From Eledone cirrhosa (lineage: Eukaryota), in contig OZ024743.1 in the NCBI GenBank assembly GCA_964016885.1, positions 261,330,001-261,394,000 on the forward strand: a stretch of DNA of 64,000 nt. The letters are read 5' to 3'. The notes below the pieces were generated by a model, which searched no databases, was not told the DNA's origin, and saw only the letters and a list, made by a program, of their open reading frames with translations. Positions within the stretch are counted from its first letter, which is position 1. Every line of letters starts with the position of its first letter. Position numbers and translations under genes: made by a program. This document shows, piece after piece, positions 24,131 to 37,090 of this stretch.

Positions 24131-27100
24131 AATAATAATAATAATAATAATAATAATGATTTCTTTATTGGCCACAAGGGCTGACATCAAGTAAAACATT
24201 ACAGACGGCACAGGACGGTACGATGTGGGTTTTGTGCGTGTAAATATTTTTATTATTTATATAAGAAAAGAAGAAAAAAAAAAAAGGACATAGAAACATA
24301 TATATATATATAAACAATAAAAATGAAAATTGAAACAATGAAAAATTCCCCAATAGGGGGGAAACCTCCGAGGGTTACTCGTGGCGAAAACCACACAAAA
24401 GACCACGGCCACCCTGACCACCAGGGCAAGCGCCCTCACTCAATTTTTCCATCTCTCAAACTACAGATGTTCACTCGGACCATTCTCGCTACATTCACCC
24501 ACCTTTCAACAAACTTGCTAGAAAGCAGCACTTGCCTCTCCACCCTGATTTTCCTCTTCAAGTGAAACTTGAAAAAGTTAATTAGGGATTCGCCGAAGAA
24601 GAAAGTCATCATCATCATCATCATCATCACCGTTTTACGTCCGTTCTTCCACGCTAGCATGGGTTAGACGGGTTGTCCTGTTGTGGGCAGTGTCTGGTCG
24701 GCTGACCATGCCTTGCTCATACAGGAACTGATTTGGCTTGATTTCTACAGCTGGATGCCCTTCCTAACACCAACCTCATTTACAGTGAGTGCTGGGTGCT
24801 TTTTCGTGGCGCCTACACGTCCACTTTACAGTGTGGGCTGGGTGCTTTTTTGCTGTGGCACCTCCACGACCACCTTGCGGAGGGGGGTGTGGGGGCATAT
24901 TGTCTATATGCTTCAGCTTGTACCCATGGGAGGTCGGGTACTCTGTATTACTGCGTGACGCCAGAAGTCACGGTCGTGTGTCATTGCCTTTGAGAGGTGT
25001 AATTGGGTAAGGTCGGCTTTTATCACCTCATCCCAGGTCATCTTGGGTCTCCCCACTCCGCGGTTTCCATCAACTTCTAGTGCTCTGCACCTTTTTATGC
25101 AGCTGTCATCCTTCATACACATCACATGTCCATACCAGCGCAACCGCCTCTCCTGCACACAGCATTTGATTCCTCTTATGCTCGGTCTCTCTCTCAATTC
25201 ATTTATGCTTTGTCGTTCACGTATATTGCTGTTACACATCCATCGGAGCATGCAGGCTTCGTTTCTCTCTAATCTACGTAAGTCTTCCACCTTCAACGCC
25301 CAGGTCTCACTACCATGCAACATTGCTGTTCGGATACACGCATCATACAGTCTGCCTTTCATTCTGAGGGAGAAGCCTTTTGCAGTTAGCAGTGGTAGTA
25401 GTTCCCTAAACTTCTTCCATCCCGTTCTTACCCTAGTTATTGTACTTTCTGAACACCCACCTCCGCTGCTAATTCGGTCACCTAGGTAACAGAAGCTGTC
25501 TACTGTTTCTACAGAGCCCTCCCAGAGATTGGTGGTACTTGTTTCCTGTGGCTGTTTGCTGCTTGCTGTCTCAGCACAGCTGCTGCATGTGAAGCCTACA
25601 TTCTTAATTAAGCTTCCTGAGATCCCGCTACATCTCTTGTGTACCCATTGTTTGCATTTGGGGCAGAGAATGGAGTTCCTACCTACACCTTTCCTACATA
25701 CTGAGCAAGGCCATTTCCCTGAGGGGATCTGGGTTCTGTTTTCTCGTCTACTTACAAGGACCTTAGTCTTTGTCATGTTGACTTTGAGACCCTTTCTTTC
25801 TAGTCCCAGCTTCCAAGTTTGGAATTTATTCTCCAGTTCTACCATAGATTCAGCTATGAGTGCGAGGTCATCAGCATACAGGAGTTCCCATGGGCATCCG
25901 GTCTTAAACTCCTCCGTTATTGCCTGCAGGACTATGATGAACAGGAGAGGGCTAAGAACAGAGCCCTGGTGGACCCCAACCTGTACGCTAAATTCCTCGC
26001 TATACTCATTGCTAATCCTAACTTTGCTGACTGCTCCGCTATACATGGCTTGTACCGCTTTCACAAGCCATTCATCTACTCCTAGTTTTCTAAGAGCCCA
26101 CCAGATTACAGCACGTGGAACTCTGTCAAAGGCTTTCTCAAGGTCGACAAATGCCAAGTAGAGTGGCTTACTTTTAGCTAGGTTCTTTTCCTGTCATTGC
26201 CTCACAAGGAAGAGGGCATCAGTGGTGCCTCTTCCTGGTACAAACCCAAATTGCATCTCGTCTATTTTCACCCGGTCCTTAATCAGCTGTGCTATAACTC
26301 TTTCTGTTACTTTCATGACCTGGTCCATCAACTTTATACCTCTGTAGTTTCCTCTATCTAGTGCATCGCCTTTACCTTTGTAGCAGTTGCCAATGATGCT
26401 ACTGCACCAATCTTTTGGTATGGCACCTTCTAGTATTACCTGGTTAACGATACATGTGGTTATAGTGTGACCTACAGACCCAGATGCCTTCAGCATCTCG
26501 GCAGCTATACAAGTGTGTGTCTTTAACCCTTTTAACCTTGCCCACCACACAATCTCTTTCGTCATGGCCACCAGGCAGATGAAAACCGCCTGCCCTTCCT
26601 CCTCGAAGGAAGACAGCGAGACCATCTGCACAATGGACTCAGTCGACAACCGGATCAGTCCTACACGCGACAGCAACTGTTCGACATAGCTCCACAAGTC
26701 AGCAATGCTCGGGCACTGAACGTGTGCGTGCACGACGGTTTCGTCGCTCTGCGCGCATCTCGGACAGGCTCGGCCGACGGCACTTCCGTGCCTGTAGAGC
26801 TTATCTCGAACCGGCAGCGCTCACCAGTAGCACTGCCAGGCCAGGGATTTTTGGAAGTTATCCATAGGCCCCGGGCTGACAGTTCTCCGGAAGAGAGCAA
26901 ACAGCTGATCTTCTTCAACACCCAGGATCTCTCCGAGAATGTCGTCGCTCTTCCCGTCCACTAGTCCTCTATAGAACGCCGAGGTGGATGTTCCACCGAT
27001 TCTGGTGCCCAGCTGGCAGAGTGCAGTGAGCGCCTGGAGACATTCCAGTTTCCAAGCGCTATCCCTCGGTCTTTTTCTGACCCAGGACTACAGCTCCGTC

Positions 27101-30100
27101 ACGGAGACGAGCTGTGGGAAAACGTGCCTGGCGAACGGCGACCACACCTGTTCACCATCAAGGAAGCACCAGGGATGTCGCAGCCTCCGCGCATGTTTGC
27201 GCATCATCAGCCATGGCATGCCCAGTCCTCCACGCAACGGGTGTTGACAGCAGCTGGATCGTCTGACCATGGGAGCGCGTCTCTTCCACAAAAAGCGGAA
27301 GAGAAGGCGCTCCATTTTGGTGAGAGTTGGGATGGAGCAAGGGACGACGGTGAGGCGGTAGCAGATGACGGATGCAATGTACGCATTCGCCACCTCCGCC
27401 TGGCCTTTCAGGGACAGCTTCCTCTCGGCCCATTTCTGGGTGAGGGAGGCCACCCTGCTCGTCACCTCGTTCTAGTTTTTCTCCATCGGGAGGTCCGGTC
27501 CGAACCAGACCCCAAGCAATTTAACCTGTCCATCCGTCCAACACCCCACGACACTGTCGGACGGCATGGACTTGCCTCTCCAGGTGCTGAGCTGCAAGCC
27601 CACCGACTTTTCCTGGTTTATCTTTGCTCCTGTCACCGCTTTGTATTCTTTGAGAGCGGTGCCGAGCATCTGGACGTGCCTGGTGCTCGACACTACCACA
27701 GTGACGTCGTCAGCGTAAGCCGACTCGGATTTCCCGCATCCTAGTTCGCGTGGGACGCCCCTCATCGCCCCCAGTTTGTGCAGTAACGGCTCGAGAGCCA
27801 ATACGTACAAGAGGGGACAACCCTGACGGACTGAGCGCATGATGCTGAATGGCTGCGACAGGTGACCGTTCACCCTCACAACTGAGCAGATGTCGCTGTA
27901 CATTGCTGTAATCCAACCCCTGAAAACGGGCCCGAAACCGGCTGCCTCGAGGACCGCCGCCAGGTACCGATGGTCAACCCTATCGAATGCTTTGGATTGA
28001 TCCAAGTTGATCAGGGCCCCACCCGTGCCAGGTTCCTTAACCACCCCTCTATGATGTATCGCATGAGATGGAGGTTGTCGTGTATTGATCTGTCCGGAAT
28101 GGCACATGTCTGCACCTCTCCCACCAGACCCTTGACGACAAGTGCCAACCTCGTTGCTAACACCTTGGCCAAAATCTTGAACTCTGCGTTTAGCAGGGTT
28201 ATGGGCCTGAAATTATCGATAACATCCCCCTTGTTCGGGTCTTTTCTCAGCAGCGCCACTGCTCCCTGGCTCACAAAACTGGGAATGCTCCCGTTCTGCT
28301 CGTAAGGCAGACCATCCAAACCTGGCGATTTACCCCTTGTGCAGTTAGCCATCGCTTCCCATATTTTACCGTCTGTTATTGGCTTTTCGCAACACTGTGC
28401 TGCGGTCGTCGAGAGCCGAGGCAGTCCGTCGAGGTATGCACTGAAGTCCATGCACCGATCCGGTTCGGCAAAGTGCTGCTGAAAAGCTTCACACATTCGC
28501 TCGGGTTCGAGCATCACGCACCCGTTTTGGTCAGACAAAGACCGAATTGTGGCTTTGTTGCCACGTCGCGCATCTGCCACCCGGGCCCATTGGACGGCTT
28601 TTGTCCCCTCGTGTTTCAGAGCACGCGCTCTAGCTCTGACAACGCAGCCTTCGTGTTTTGCTTTGAAGAATTGGTCGAGTGCCAATCTCGCCGCAAGCAC
28701 GTCGGTTGCGATGCCTGTCCTAAACGCCTCTTCTAGCTTTCTGACTAGTTCTCCCTCTACTCTATTTTCCTCTATCACTACTCCTTTGCTAAACTTAATC
28801 GACTCTACTTTAATTGCCCTTTTCAGGGCGAACTACCACTTGTTGTTGACGATCGCTCCCGTCAACGCCCGCTTAACTAATACGCTAATCCGGTTTCTGT
28901 AGGCTTTGCGCGCCAGGAAAGACGCGTTCAGATTCCAGTAACCAGGCCCTTGTCTATGAAGTCTGTCTATGTCGATCTCACAGATCACAAATTTGTGGTC
29001 TGTGTAGTCGACTATTTTAAATTGTGGACAACTTATACTAGCCTTATCTAGTTCTCTGCAGAATACCCTATCGAGATACGATCTGGATGACCCGATGCGG
29101 TTTGTCCATGTCCACATTGGCACATTCAAGTGATCCAGTCGATACCTGTCAGACAGTTCAAAACGTCTGAGCAGGTTGGTGAGGATCTTGCAACCCTCCT
29201 CCCCTATCCACTAGCCCCACACGATCCCAGCGTGCATCCAAGATACCGTTTCAGTCGCCCACTAACACTAAACTCTGGTTTCACTGATGGCCACCACATC
29301 TATGTTTAGTGACCTGAAGTCGTTGAGCAGGTGACCCTGCTTCCAAGATGACACCAGGCCACGTGCATTTATACTGCCTATTCTGAGTACGGCCATGTTG
29401 GATGAGAAACGGGGCAAGTGAGAAAGGGTCACTTACCTTGATCATGTGGTGAAGGGACAGTAGAACCGTCCCTTTTGCTGGTCATGGGTGTTTCCAAGAG
29501 GATGTCAGTGTATATCCTCTTGGTAACCGACCCTCTGAAGTCTCCAACTGCGTTGGGGAATTTTTGTTTTAAAGGTTTGTACTGTTCTATTGAGATTTCG
29601 ATGATGCTTATGTTTGTCGGGAGAGTTCTTGGTGTTGGTGGGGTGTAGTAGTTTTTTTCTGTGATGTCTGTGTGCTGCTTTATATATTGTATGAGTTTTT
29701 TTTTCGGCTGTGTACTTTTTGGGGGGAGGGGTGATTTTGTTGCTGTTTGGTGTGTGTGTCTTGTTGTGTTTGCGTTGTTGGTGTTTTTGGTGATGCTGGT
29801 GGTGGTGTGGTTGTTTTTGTCAGTGGTGCTTGTGGTGGTGATGGTGGTGGTGTTGCTGCAAGTTTCCTTGCTGCCTTTACCCCTCTTTGTATGCCTTCGC
29901 TTTTGGAGGGTGAATCTAAGGGTTTTTTTTCTTTTTTGTGGCAGACCGTTTGCCACTTCACTCCCGCCTCAAACTCCATGTCGGATTCTGTGACGTCTGG
30001 GAGGGGTATGTGCTCCACGGCTCTTGGTGGTTGTAGTGGAGCCCTCTTCGGCAATTTTGTTGCTGGTGTAGCTACTTCAAATGTAGCTATTGGTGTTGCC

Positions 30101-31620
30101 ACCATTGATGATGCTGCTTTAGTTGTCCGTGGCCTTGGTATGGGTGCTACGGACGTTGCCCTCCTACTCACCGTGGAAGGGGCTTCTTCATTTGTTGCCT
30201 GCCCTGCTCTTGGTAGCAGCGGACCAGGTATTGGAAGGAGAGGGGCCTTCTTCACTGTCTTCTGCGGGCAAAAGGCCCTGAGGTGACCCTTCGACCCACA
30301 AAGATAACATTTTGGCCGTCTTCCTTCTACACTTATAGGGAGTTGGAGTCCTTCCTCGATGTCTATGATATCAGGGATAGCGTCGATACATTCCTGGTCA
30401 GTTTGTATAAGCATTTGCATGCCTATACCTGACCAGTTCTCTCTCCGTATTTTTTTCTACTTGCAGCATGGTTGTCCTGTTCTCGATTCCAGCAAGGACA
30501 GACGCGGCCAGCCAAGGTATGGGCACGTCGGGTGGGACCTGGGTCACTTTGACCGTCACAATTTTCTGCCCGCAGTAGGAGGGCACCAAGACTATCTCCT
30601 CACTCTTTAGGGTTTCCAAAGAGTGAGATTTTGCTTCCTGGGGGGTGGCGAAAAGTACGTCTACTGTGGCGTACTTTCTGCCTCGGGTGATGTGGGTTTT
30701 GCGTGCCCAGACACACCCCAAGGCCTTTTGGATATGAGCCTCCGTGGCTCTCTCCACCCGATGTGAGATTTTGCTTACGGTGCGGTAAGTCACCGTCCGT
30801 AGCTGCTGGTCCTTGAAAAAATCGGGTGGAGGTTTCAAGGAGACTCTATTTGCCATCTCCTCCTCTGTGACTAACACTGTCTCGATATTTCGGGCGACAC
30901 CTGCAAAAGAAGTAGTCCCTTTTTCAGCAGCACCACTATTGCTGCCGCTACTGGTCTTACTGGTGGTGCTGAGGTCGCTATTACAGGTATCGGTGTCATT
31001 GTTGTTGTTTTCGTTGGTAGAGTTGTTGTTGTTGTTGTTTTCGTTGATACTGTTATTGTGGCTGTTGTTATTATTGTTGTTTTTGTTGATACTGTTCCTA
31101 CTATTATTGTTGTTGTGGCTGTTGTTATTGTCATTGTTATTGTCGTTCTCGACCTTACGGCTGTGATTTTTGTTATTGTCATTCTCGACCTGACCGCTGT
31201 TATTTTTGTTATTGTCGTTCTCGACTTTACCGCTGTTATTTTTGTTGTTGCTGTTGTTATTGATGGTGTTGTTGTTGGTGTTATTGTTGGTGTTGTTTGT
31301 GTTAGAAATATTTGGTAATTTTAAATCTGTAACAATCTTTTTTTTCTTTGTAATATTTTCGTTTATATTTACCTCCGCTGGAACGCTGTCTTGTTGACAT
31401 GCTGATAAAGTCTCCCTCTCTCTGTGTTGTCTGACAGTGCTCTCTCTCTTTCTTTTGTTATCCATGTTCAAATTTTTCAAAAAAATATTTTTACACAAAT
31501 ACGAATACGACACCCCGTAAAGGGGTGCCGTATTATTTACTAGTGAACCCCTGTATTAGGTGGGTCACTTCTTCTAAACTTTTATCAAATTTAAAACTTG
31601 AATAAAAGGTTTATAACGGT
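24131..31620 (-). mobile_element. Near-full-length degenerate Tx1/L1-clade LINE interrupted by an RTE
   Basis: ORF1 at 29680-31513 with an Asn tract and CCHC knuckle CYLCGSKGHLRAFC. ORF2 from 29396: APE with internal deletion, RT (DQSKAFDRV, QGCPL, YADD), zf-RVT, AATAAA and (ATT)n tail. Confidence 0.93.
24607..26510 (-). mobile_element. 5'-truncated RTE LINE nested in the Tx1
   Basis: 414-aa RT ORF at 24913-26157 (FVDLEKAFD, GVHQGSVLSP, YADD, RLRWYGHV). (GAT)n tail; aagt duplicated at the junctions. Confidence 0.95.
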
Positions 31621-31621
31621 T

Positions 31622-31765
31622 GATAATAATAAGTTTCTACTTTAGGCACAAGGTCAGAAATTTGAAGGGGTGGGAAAAGTTGATTAAATCGACCCCAGTA
31701 CTTACTGGTGCTTTATTTTATCAACCCGTAAAGATGAAAGGCGAAGCTGACCTCGGCGGGATTTT
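31622..31765 (-). mobile_element. 5'-truncated (ATT)n-tailed SINE
   Basis: Matches 42880-43110. Confidence 0.85.
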
Positions 31766-31831
31766 ATGATAATAACACTGTGTAACATATTTTTTGTTCC
31801 CCGGTTCTAAGTGTCATTTCCTAGTTTGTTA

Positions 31832-34688
31832 TTTAGCAGGGTAGTAGTATGAAGTGTTGTTAGTGTGGCAGTGTCCAGTGTAGCTGTGGCCAGTGGTCAG
31901 TGTGGTTAAATGATAGTATCCTCGTTGGATTGTCTTGTCGACATAGACGTGAGGGAAGGTCCCTCGATCTATTTACCATCTTTGTATTTACAATATTCCT
32001 TTCGTCAGGTCGCCAATTCCAGCAGTATGGATTATAGATGTTATTGAGACACGAGTAACATAATAATGATTTCAACAGCAGAAATTAGAGATGAAATGTA
32101 TGTTTATTTTTGATGTAGCACAAACAATGTTTGTTAACTTATATGGTTGAATTTACATATAAAAAGAGGTTACAAAAGGGAATGTGCCATTGCTCCGGAA
32201 AGCCGGCGAGGCTAGGGTGCAATATCTCACCGTTACATTATGCGTGTTGCTGGCTCGAAGTTCCTGGTACAAGAGAGAGATTCTTCAAATCTTCGCGGGG
32301 AATTTCTTCCTCAGGGCGCGTAGGGATACATCCTCTTCCACTGGCGCTGATTGGCTGAACTGAGCCAAATCACGCACAGAGAATGTATGTGAGCCCGCGG
32401 AATGTAGGTCACTACAATATCCCCGAGCAGATTTTTAGCCGAAAATCGTAAACGAAGAAGCCAAGGACCCACAAGGAAGTCGATACAGATTATTGAATCA
32501 GCAAGAACAAATGCTGAAAGAGCACATCAGTGAAAAAATAATTGAGCAGAAGGCTGCATGCAAGAAAAAAAAATGAGGCGCTACGGGCCGTGTTGAGCCG
32601 CTGTGTCAAATGACCAGCTGTTTTGTTGTTTATACGTGACCAGTAAAGGTCTAACAAAAACGGATAAAGTCTGACATGGGCGAAGTTGCTGTTCTTGCAT
32701 TTAATGTTAATGGTAAGTGCTGTACCAGTAGCTGTGAACGAAGCTATTATGGTAGTTTACCAGTGCTGGCAAGAAGATGATGGGTAGGCGAGAAAATGTT
32801 GGCCTCCCAGATGTATTGCCAAATGTACTAGGGAGCCAGGAAAAAAATGGCTGGTTGCTTTGAAAAGAAAAAAAGCAAGTTTAATCTGTAGGTGGGTTGC
32901 AGTGTAAATTCCATAATTCGGGCGAATCCACAGAAGTGGCCGAAATGCTGACAAGTCCAGTTCAATTTGTTGCTTTCCCAGCGAGTCGGGCAAAAACAAC
33001 AAGACGGATGGCCGTCATGGACGATCAGTGTGCAACGAGATGCGAAGACATTTGAGTTCAGCTGCAATTAGTATTCTCGTGTTGCGGTGCCTGTTTGAAT
33101 CCAGTGGATTAAGCTCTGTGAGCTGCTAGCATGTGACAGCACCTCAACCAGGTGAAAAGGGACTCACAGAATATTACGTTTGAAGAACATATACCAAGAA
33201 CATGTTGGTGGGTGACAAAAAAATGTGTGCATATGCAGGCATGTAAAACAGCAAAGCATGTGAATGAACAAAAACCACTAGCAAGCAAATAGCAAAAGAG
33301 CACAAAACAAGTAAATGCATTCCACAAAGAAATATGTGAATGTAACAAACTGATAATTCAAAATCAATCTAAGGGAGCAGAGAAATTGCTCAATGAAAAG
33401 TTCAAAGTTTTTCAAAGTCAAATAGTTCACACATCACCAGTGTACAGACACTAGTTCTATCTGAAAACTGAAAAAGGAGTTTGTTAATGCCGTTAGAGGT
33501 TAGATGTATGGTGTTTTTGTGAGTTTTCGTGGCCATTTTACCGTCCTGCCACCTTGTGTGGCATAAGGTTGTGTTGCTTATTGTTAAAGCAAAGTCAAAG
33601 AATCTTCTGTAGAGTAGCAGTCACCAAATATGGCAGCCACGTCTGACGCCATAATGGTGAGAAAACTACTGTCTCAATTTCTCGAGTCCCTGTGGTAACG
33701 AGACAGAAGGTATGGTGGTTGCGTCGGTAAAGTTACAAGCCGTTTTGAAATTTCCGATGTGTGGTGGTTTGCGTCGGTAAGGCTATGAAGCTGCCATCTC
33801 ACTATTCCCTGTCGTTGGTCAGTGGTTAAACAATGCTGTCGCTGCCGCTGCTGCTGCTGTCGTTGTTGTTGTCGAGTGTAGCCAGGACTTGTCGGTAGCC
33901 ATCTTGAAATTTCCTCGTGGCGAAAAGTTTTTGAAATACTGCTAATCTTTCAAAAAAAATTTTGAAAGGAATATATTGTATTTTCGCAAGTTGCGAAAAG
34001 GCCAGCAACGCGGCAATAAAAGTTCAACTGTATAAAAAAGAAGGGCTGCGTTAAATTCTTACGTCGGTCACCACTTTAGCAGTATGGAATGAGTGGTCGC
34101 CACTTTAACAGGGTAGTCGAATGAAGGTTGTTAGTTGACAGTGTGCAGTGTAGCTGTGGCCAGTGGTCACAGTGTGGTTAAATGATAGTATCCTCGTTGG
34201 ATTGTCTTGTCGACATAGACGTGAGGGAAGGTCCCTCGATCTATTTACCATCTTTGTATTTACAATATTCCTTTCGTCAGGTCGCCAATTCCAGCAGTAT
34301 GGATTATAGATGTTATTGAGACACGAGTAACATAATAATGATTTCAACAGCAGAAGTTAGAGATGAAATGTATGTTTATTTTTGATGTAGCACAAACAAT
34401 GTTTGTTAACTTATATGGTTGAATTTACATATAAAAAGAGGTTACAAAAGGGAATGTGCCATTGCTCCGGAAAGCCGGCGAGGCTAGGGTGCAATATCTC
34501 ACCGTTACATTATGCGTGTTGCTGGCTCGAAGTTCCTGGTACAAGAGAGAGATTCTTCAAATCTTCGCGGGGAATTTCTTCCTGAGGGCGCGTAGGGATA
34601 CATCCTCTTCCACTGGCGCTGATTGGCTGAACTGAGCCAAATCACGCACAGAGAATGTATGTGAGCCCGCGGAATGTAGGTCACTACA
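31832..34688 (-). mobile_element. Non-autonomous LTR retrotransposon (585-bp LTRs, non-coding ~1.7-kb interior)
   Basis: Near-identical direct repeats at 31832-32416 and 34104-34688. GTTA TSD at 31828-31831 and 34689-34692. PBS TGGCGACCAC at 34093-34102; short PPT ggggatat at 32417-32424. Confidence 0.92.
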
Positions 34689-34918
34689 GTTATATCCCAT
34701 TATTATAAAAAAAAACACTATTATTTAATAAGAAGTTTGGGTTTGAGGTCAGGAGTTTGATATTTCGAAATTTTCATATTTTTCAAAAAAAACACATTTT
34801 TTTTTAATTTATCAGTTCATATAATTAAATCAACAGAGTATATATTTATTTTATTACACAAGCTTATCAAAAGCAAACAAGTAAAAACAAATAACACTTA
34901 TAAAGCAACTTAAACATG

Positions 34919-36139
34919 TCAGAAATGACTGGATTTCCTGGATTTGTGGTTGTAGTCCAGGTCGCATTCCCGCACTAGCCCCCAGATATAGTCCCCCATC
35001 ATTTGTTCATTGTAGTGGCCCTGGTACCTCCGCTCTATCTCTTTCACATCTTGGTAGAATCGTTCGCCTTGTTCTTCTGAGTAGACGCCCATATTGTCCT
35101 GGAATTTTTCCAGGTGAGCGTCCAGCATATGGAGTTTAAGTGACATCCTGCATCCCATGGTGCCAAAAGCTTTTATCAGATCCTGCACCAGTTGCTGGTA
35201 GTTTTCAGCTCTGTAGTTGCCCAGGAAGCCCTTAACAACTGCCTTGAAACAGTTCCATGCTGTTCTCTCAATTCTATTGAGCTTATTGGAGAACTCAGTA
35301 GACTCAAACACCTTCTTTATCTGAGGTCCAACAAACATTCCACCTTTGATTTTGGCATCAGATAACTTGGGGAAGAACTCAAGAAGGTACTTAAAAGCAG
35401 CTGATTCTTGGTTGAGAGCCTTCACAAACTGCTTCATCAACCCCAACTTAATGTGCAGTGGCGGCATGAGCACAATCCTGGGATCAACCAGTGGCTCCCA
35501 CATGACGTTCCGGGTCCCAACTACAAATTCTGTTCGCTGCTCCCACTTCTTTCTTTTGTAGTGGTCAGAGGTGGCTCTGCTGTCCCAAAGGCAGAGGAAG
35601 CATTGGAATTTTATAAAGCCTCCTTGGAGTCCAAGAAGGAAAGTCACCATCTTGAAGTCTCCAATAATTTCCCAATTGTACTGGTTGTATTGCAGAGCTT
35701 CCAAGAGGACTTTCACATTGTAGTAATCTTCCTTCGGGCAGACTGAATGAGCTAGGGGCAGTGTCGGGAACTTGTTTCCATTGTGGAGGAGGACAGCCTT
35801 CAAACTTGTGGTGGAGCTGTCTATAAATAGCTGCCACTCCTTGGGCACAAACGGCACCCCAATAATGTCAAACAGTCCAGGCACGTCATGGCAGAAGCAG
35901 AGGCCATCCCTAAGAGTGTAAAAGCTTGAGAAAGGTTTGTGTCGACTTCTCTGACTTGTCACCTGCACTTCCTCCTTGACCAAGTTCCACTGCTTCATCC
36001 TGGAGACGAATAGCTCTGCATTAGACTTGGTCAGACCCATATCTCTGACCAAGTCATTGACTTCTTTTTGGTTTGGGAAGTGAGGAACTTTTTCTGGTAC
36101 CCCAGTATCAATAAATCTCTTTAATCCACTTTTTAACAA
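34919..36139 (-). CDS. Chapaev3-type DDE transposase, uninterrupted catalytic core, N-terminus missing
   Basis: LFIDSS..SLKAVLLHNGN, IGDFK, CFLCLWDSRA, PPLHIKLGLMK, SLKLHML..H, SEEQGERF.QD, ERRYQG. Confidence 0.85.
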   Translation of the reverse strand: MLKSGLKRFIDTGVPEKVPHFPNQKEVNDLVRDMGLTKSNAELFVSRMKQWNLVKEEVQVTSQRSRHKPFSSFYTLRDGLCFCHDVPGLFDIIGVPFVPKEWQLFIDSSTTSLKAVLLHNGNKFPTLPLAHSVCPKEDYYNVKVLLEALQYNQYNWEIIGDFKMVTFLLGLQGGFIKFQCFLCLWDSRATSDHYKRKKWEQRTEFVVGTRNVMWEPLVDPRIVLMPPLHIKLGLMKQFVKALNQESAAFKYLLEFFPKLSDAKIKGGMFVGPQIKKVFESTEFSNKLNRIERTAWNCFKAVVKGFLGNYRAENYQQLVQDLIKAFGTMGCRMSLKLHMLDAHLEKFQDNMGVYSEEQGERFYQDVKEIERRYQGHYNEQMMGDYIWGLVRECDLDYNHKSRKSSHF

Positions 36140-36420
36140 TTTTATAATTTTATAATTTTCTTTAGGTATTACTCTTTATTTTATAATTTTAATTTAACCT
36201 GAAACATATATAAAAAAAAATCATTTAACATAAGTAAATTAAACTTACATACAACGTAAAATCCAGCATACAAATAATTCTAGTGAATAGCTTAGAATTT
36301 TACAAACCCAATCTTTTAACTGTTTAATAGCACTTTTTTTATTTATTTGGGACCTAAGCAACACAAAAAAAGTGATTATAAGTCAGGAACAGAGAAAAAA
36401 AAATTGTTTGTAACACGGTG

Positions 36421-36735
36421 TAATTCTTTCTTTATTGGACAATACAAAAAAACAGGGACAGTGGGGGTTTACAAAAAAATAAATACAACAATAACAATAA
36501 ACTGTAAAAATAGAACAGAATTCCACAATAGGGGAGGGGGGCACCCAGAGGCAACTCAGGTACTCCACCAATCCTGAACCACCCAACACTTCAAGAGCAC
36601 CCAGGAAGGGCACCCCTCTCTTCCTCAAACCAACCAGCCTACAGGCGCATGCTCAGAGTCACCACATTCACTCACCTTTTAGCAAATGTAATGGGGGTGG
36701 GGGCAGTACTTTTCCCTCCACCCTCACCTTCCTTA
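36421..36735 (-). mobile_element. Tx1 3' fragment
   Basis: Degenerate homologue of 24160-24560, including ttctttattgg. Confidence 0.7.
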
Positions 36736-36894
36736 TGCTAACAATGATAATAATAACAAAAGTGTTAACCAACTTTTAGAGCTGATGGAACCTTAGTTAC
36801 TTTCCGTGAGCCGAATGCAGAACAGCTTAATCTGTTGTATTGTTTGGATTTTAACACTGTGACCAGATTTGTTTTCTAAAAAAAATGAAAAAAG

Positions 36895-37090
36895 AAAATT
36901 AGCAGGGGTAGCAATTCCCTAAACTTCTTCCATCCTGTCCTTATTCTAATTACTATGCTCTCCGAGCACCCTCCTCCACTGATAATCACCTAGGTAACAG
37001 AAGCTATCAACCACTTCTTTGGCTTCTTCCTGGGATTGGAAAAGGTTTATATTATTCATATAATTGACCCTGAACATCTACTACATCTGT
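36895..37090 (-). mobile_element. RTE fragment
   Basis: Encodes VDSFCYLG...GGCSES...RTGWKKFRELL. Confidence 0.75.

Larger units (their letters stand above)
31776..36420 (-). mobile_element. Chapaev3 (CMC) DNA transposon with both TIRs and TAA TSDs; carries a nested LTR element
   Basis: Ends cactgtgtaaca (31776) and tgtaacacggtg (36420). taa at 31773-31775 and 36421-36423. Transposase ORF inside. Confidence 0.85.

Noticed and set aside
25043-28902. Plus-strand ORFs antisense to RTE and Tx1 (also 55069-55794 and 61351-62864)
   Set aside because: Shadow ORFs of LINE coding sequence with no recognisable motifs.
32417-34103. gag/pol within the LTR element
   Set aside because: Only ORFs of 81 aa or less, with no protease, RT, RNase H or integrase motifs that I could recognise.
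34919-36139. Possible domesticated RAG1-like host gene
   Set aside because: It lies within TIRs and TSDs of a Chapaev3 element and lacks an N-terminus, so a transposon copy is the simpler explanation.
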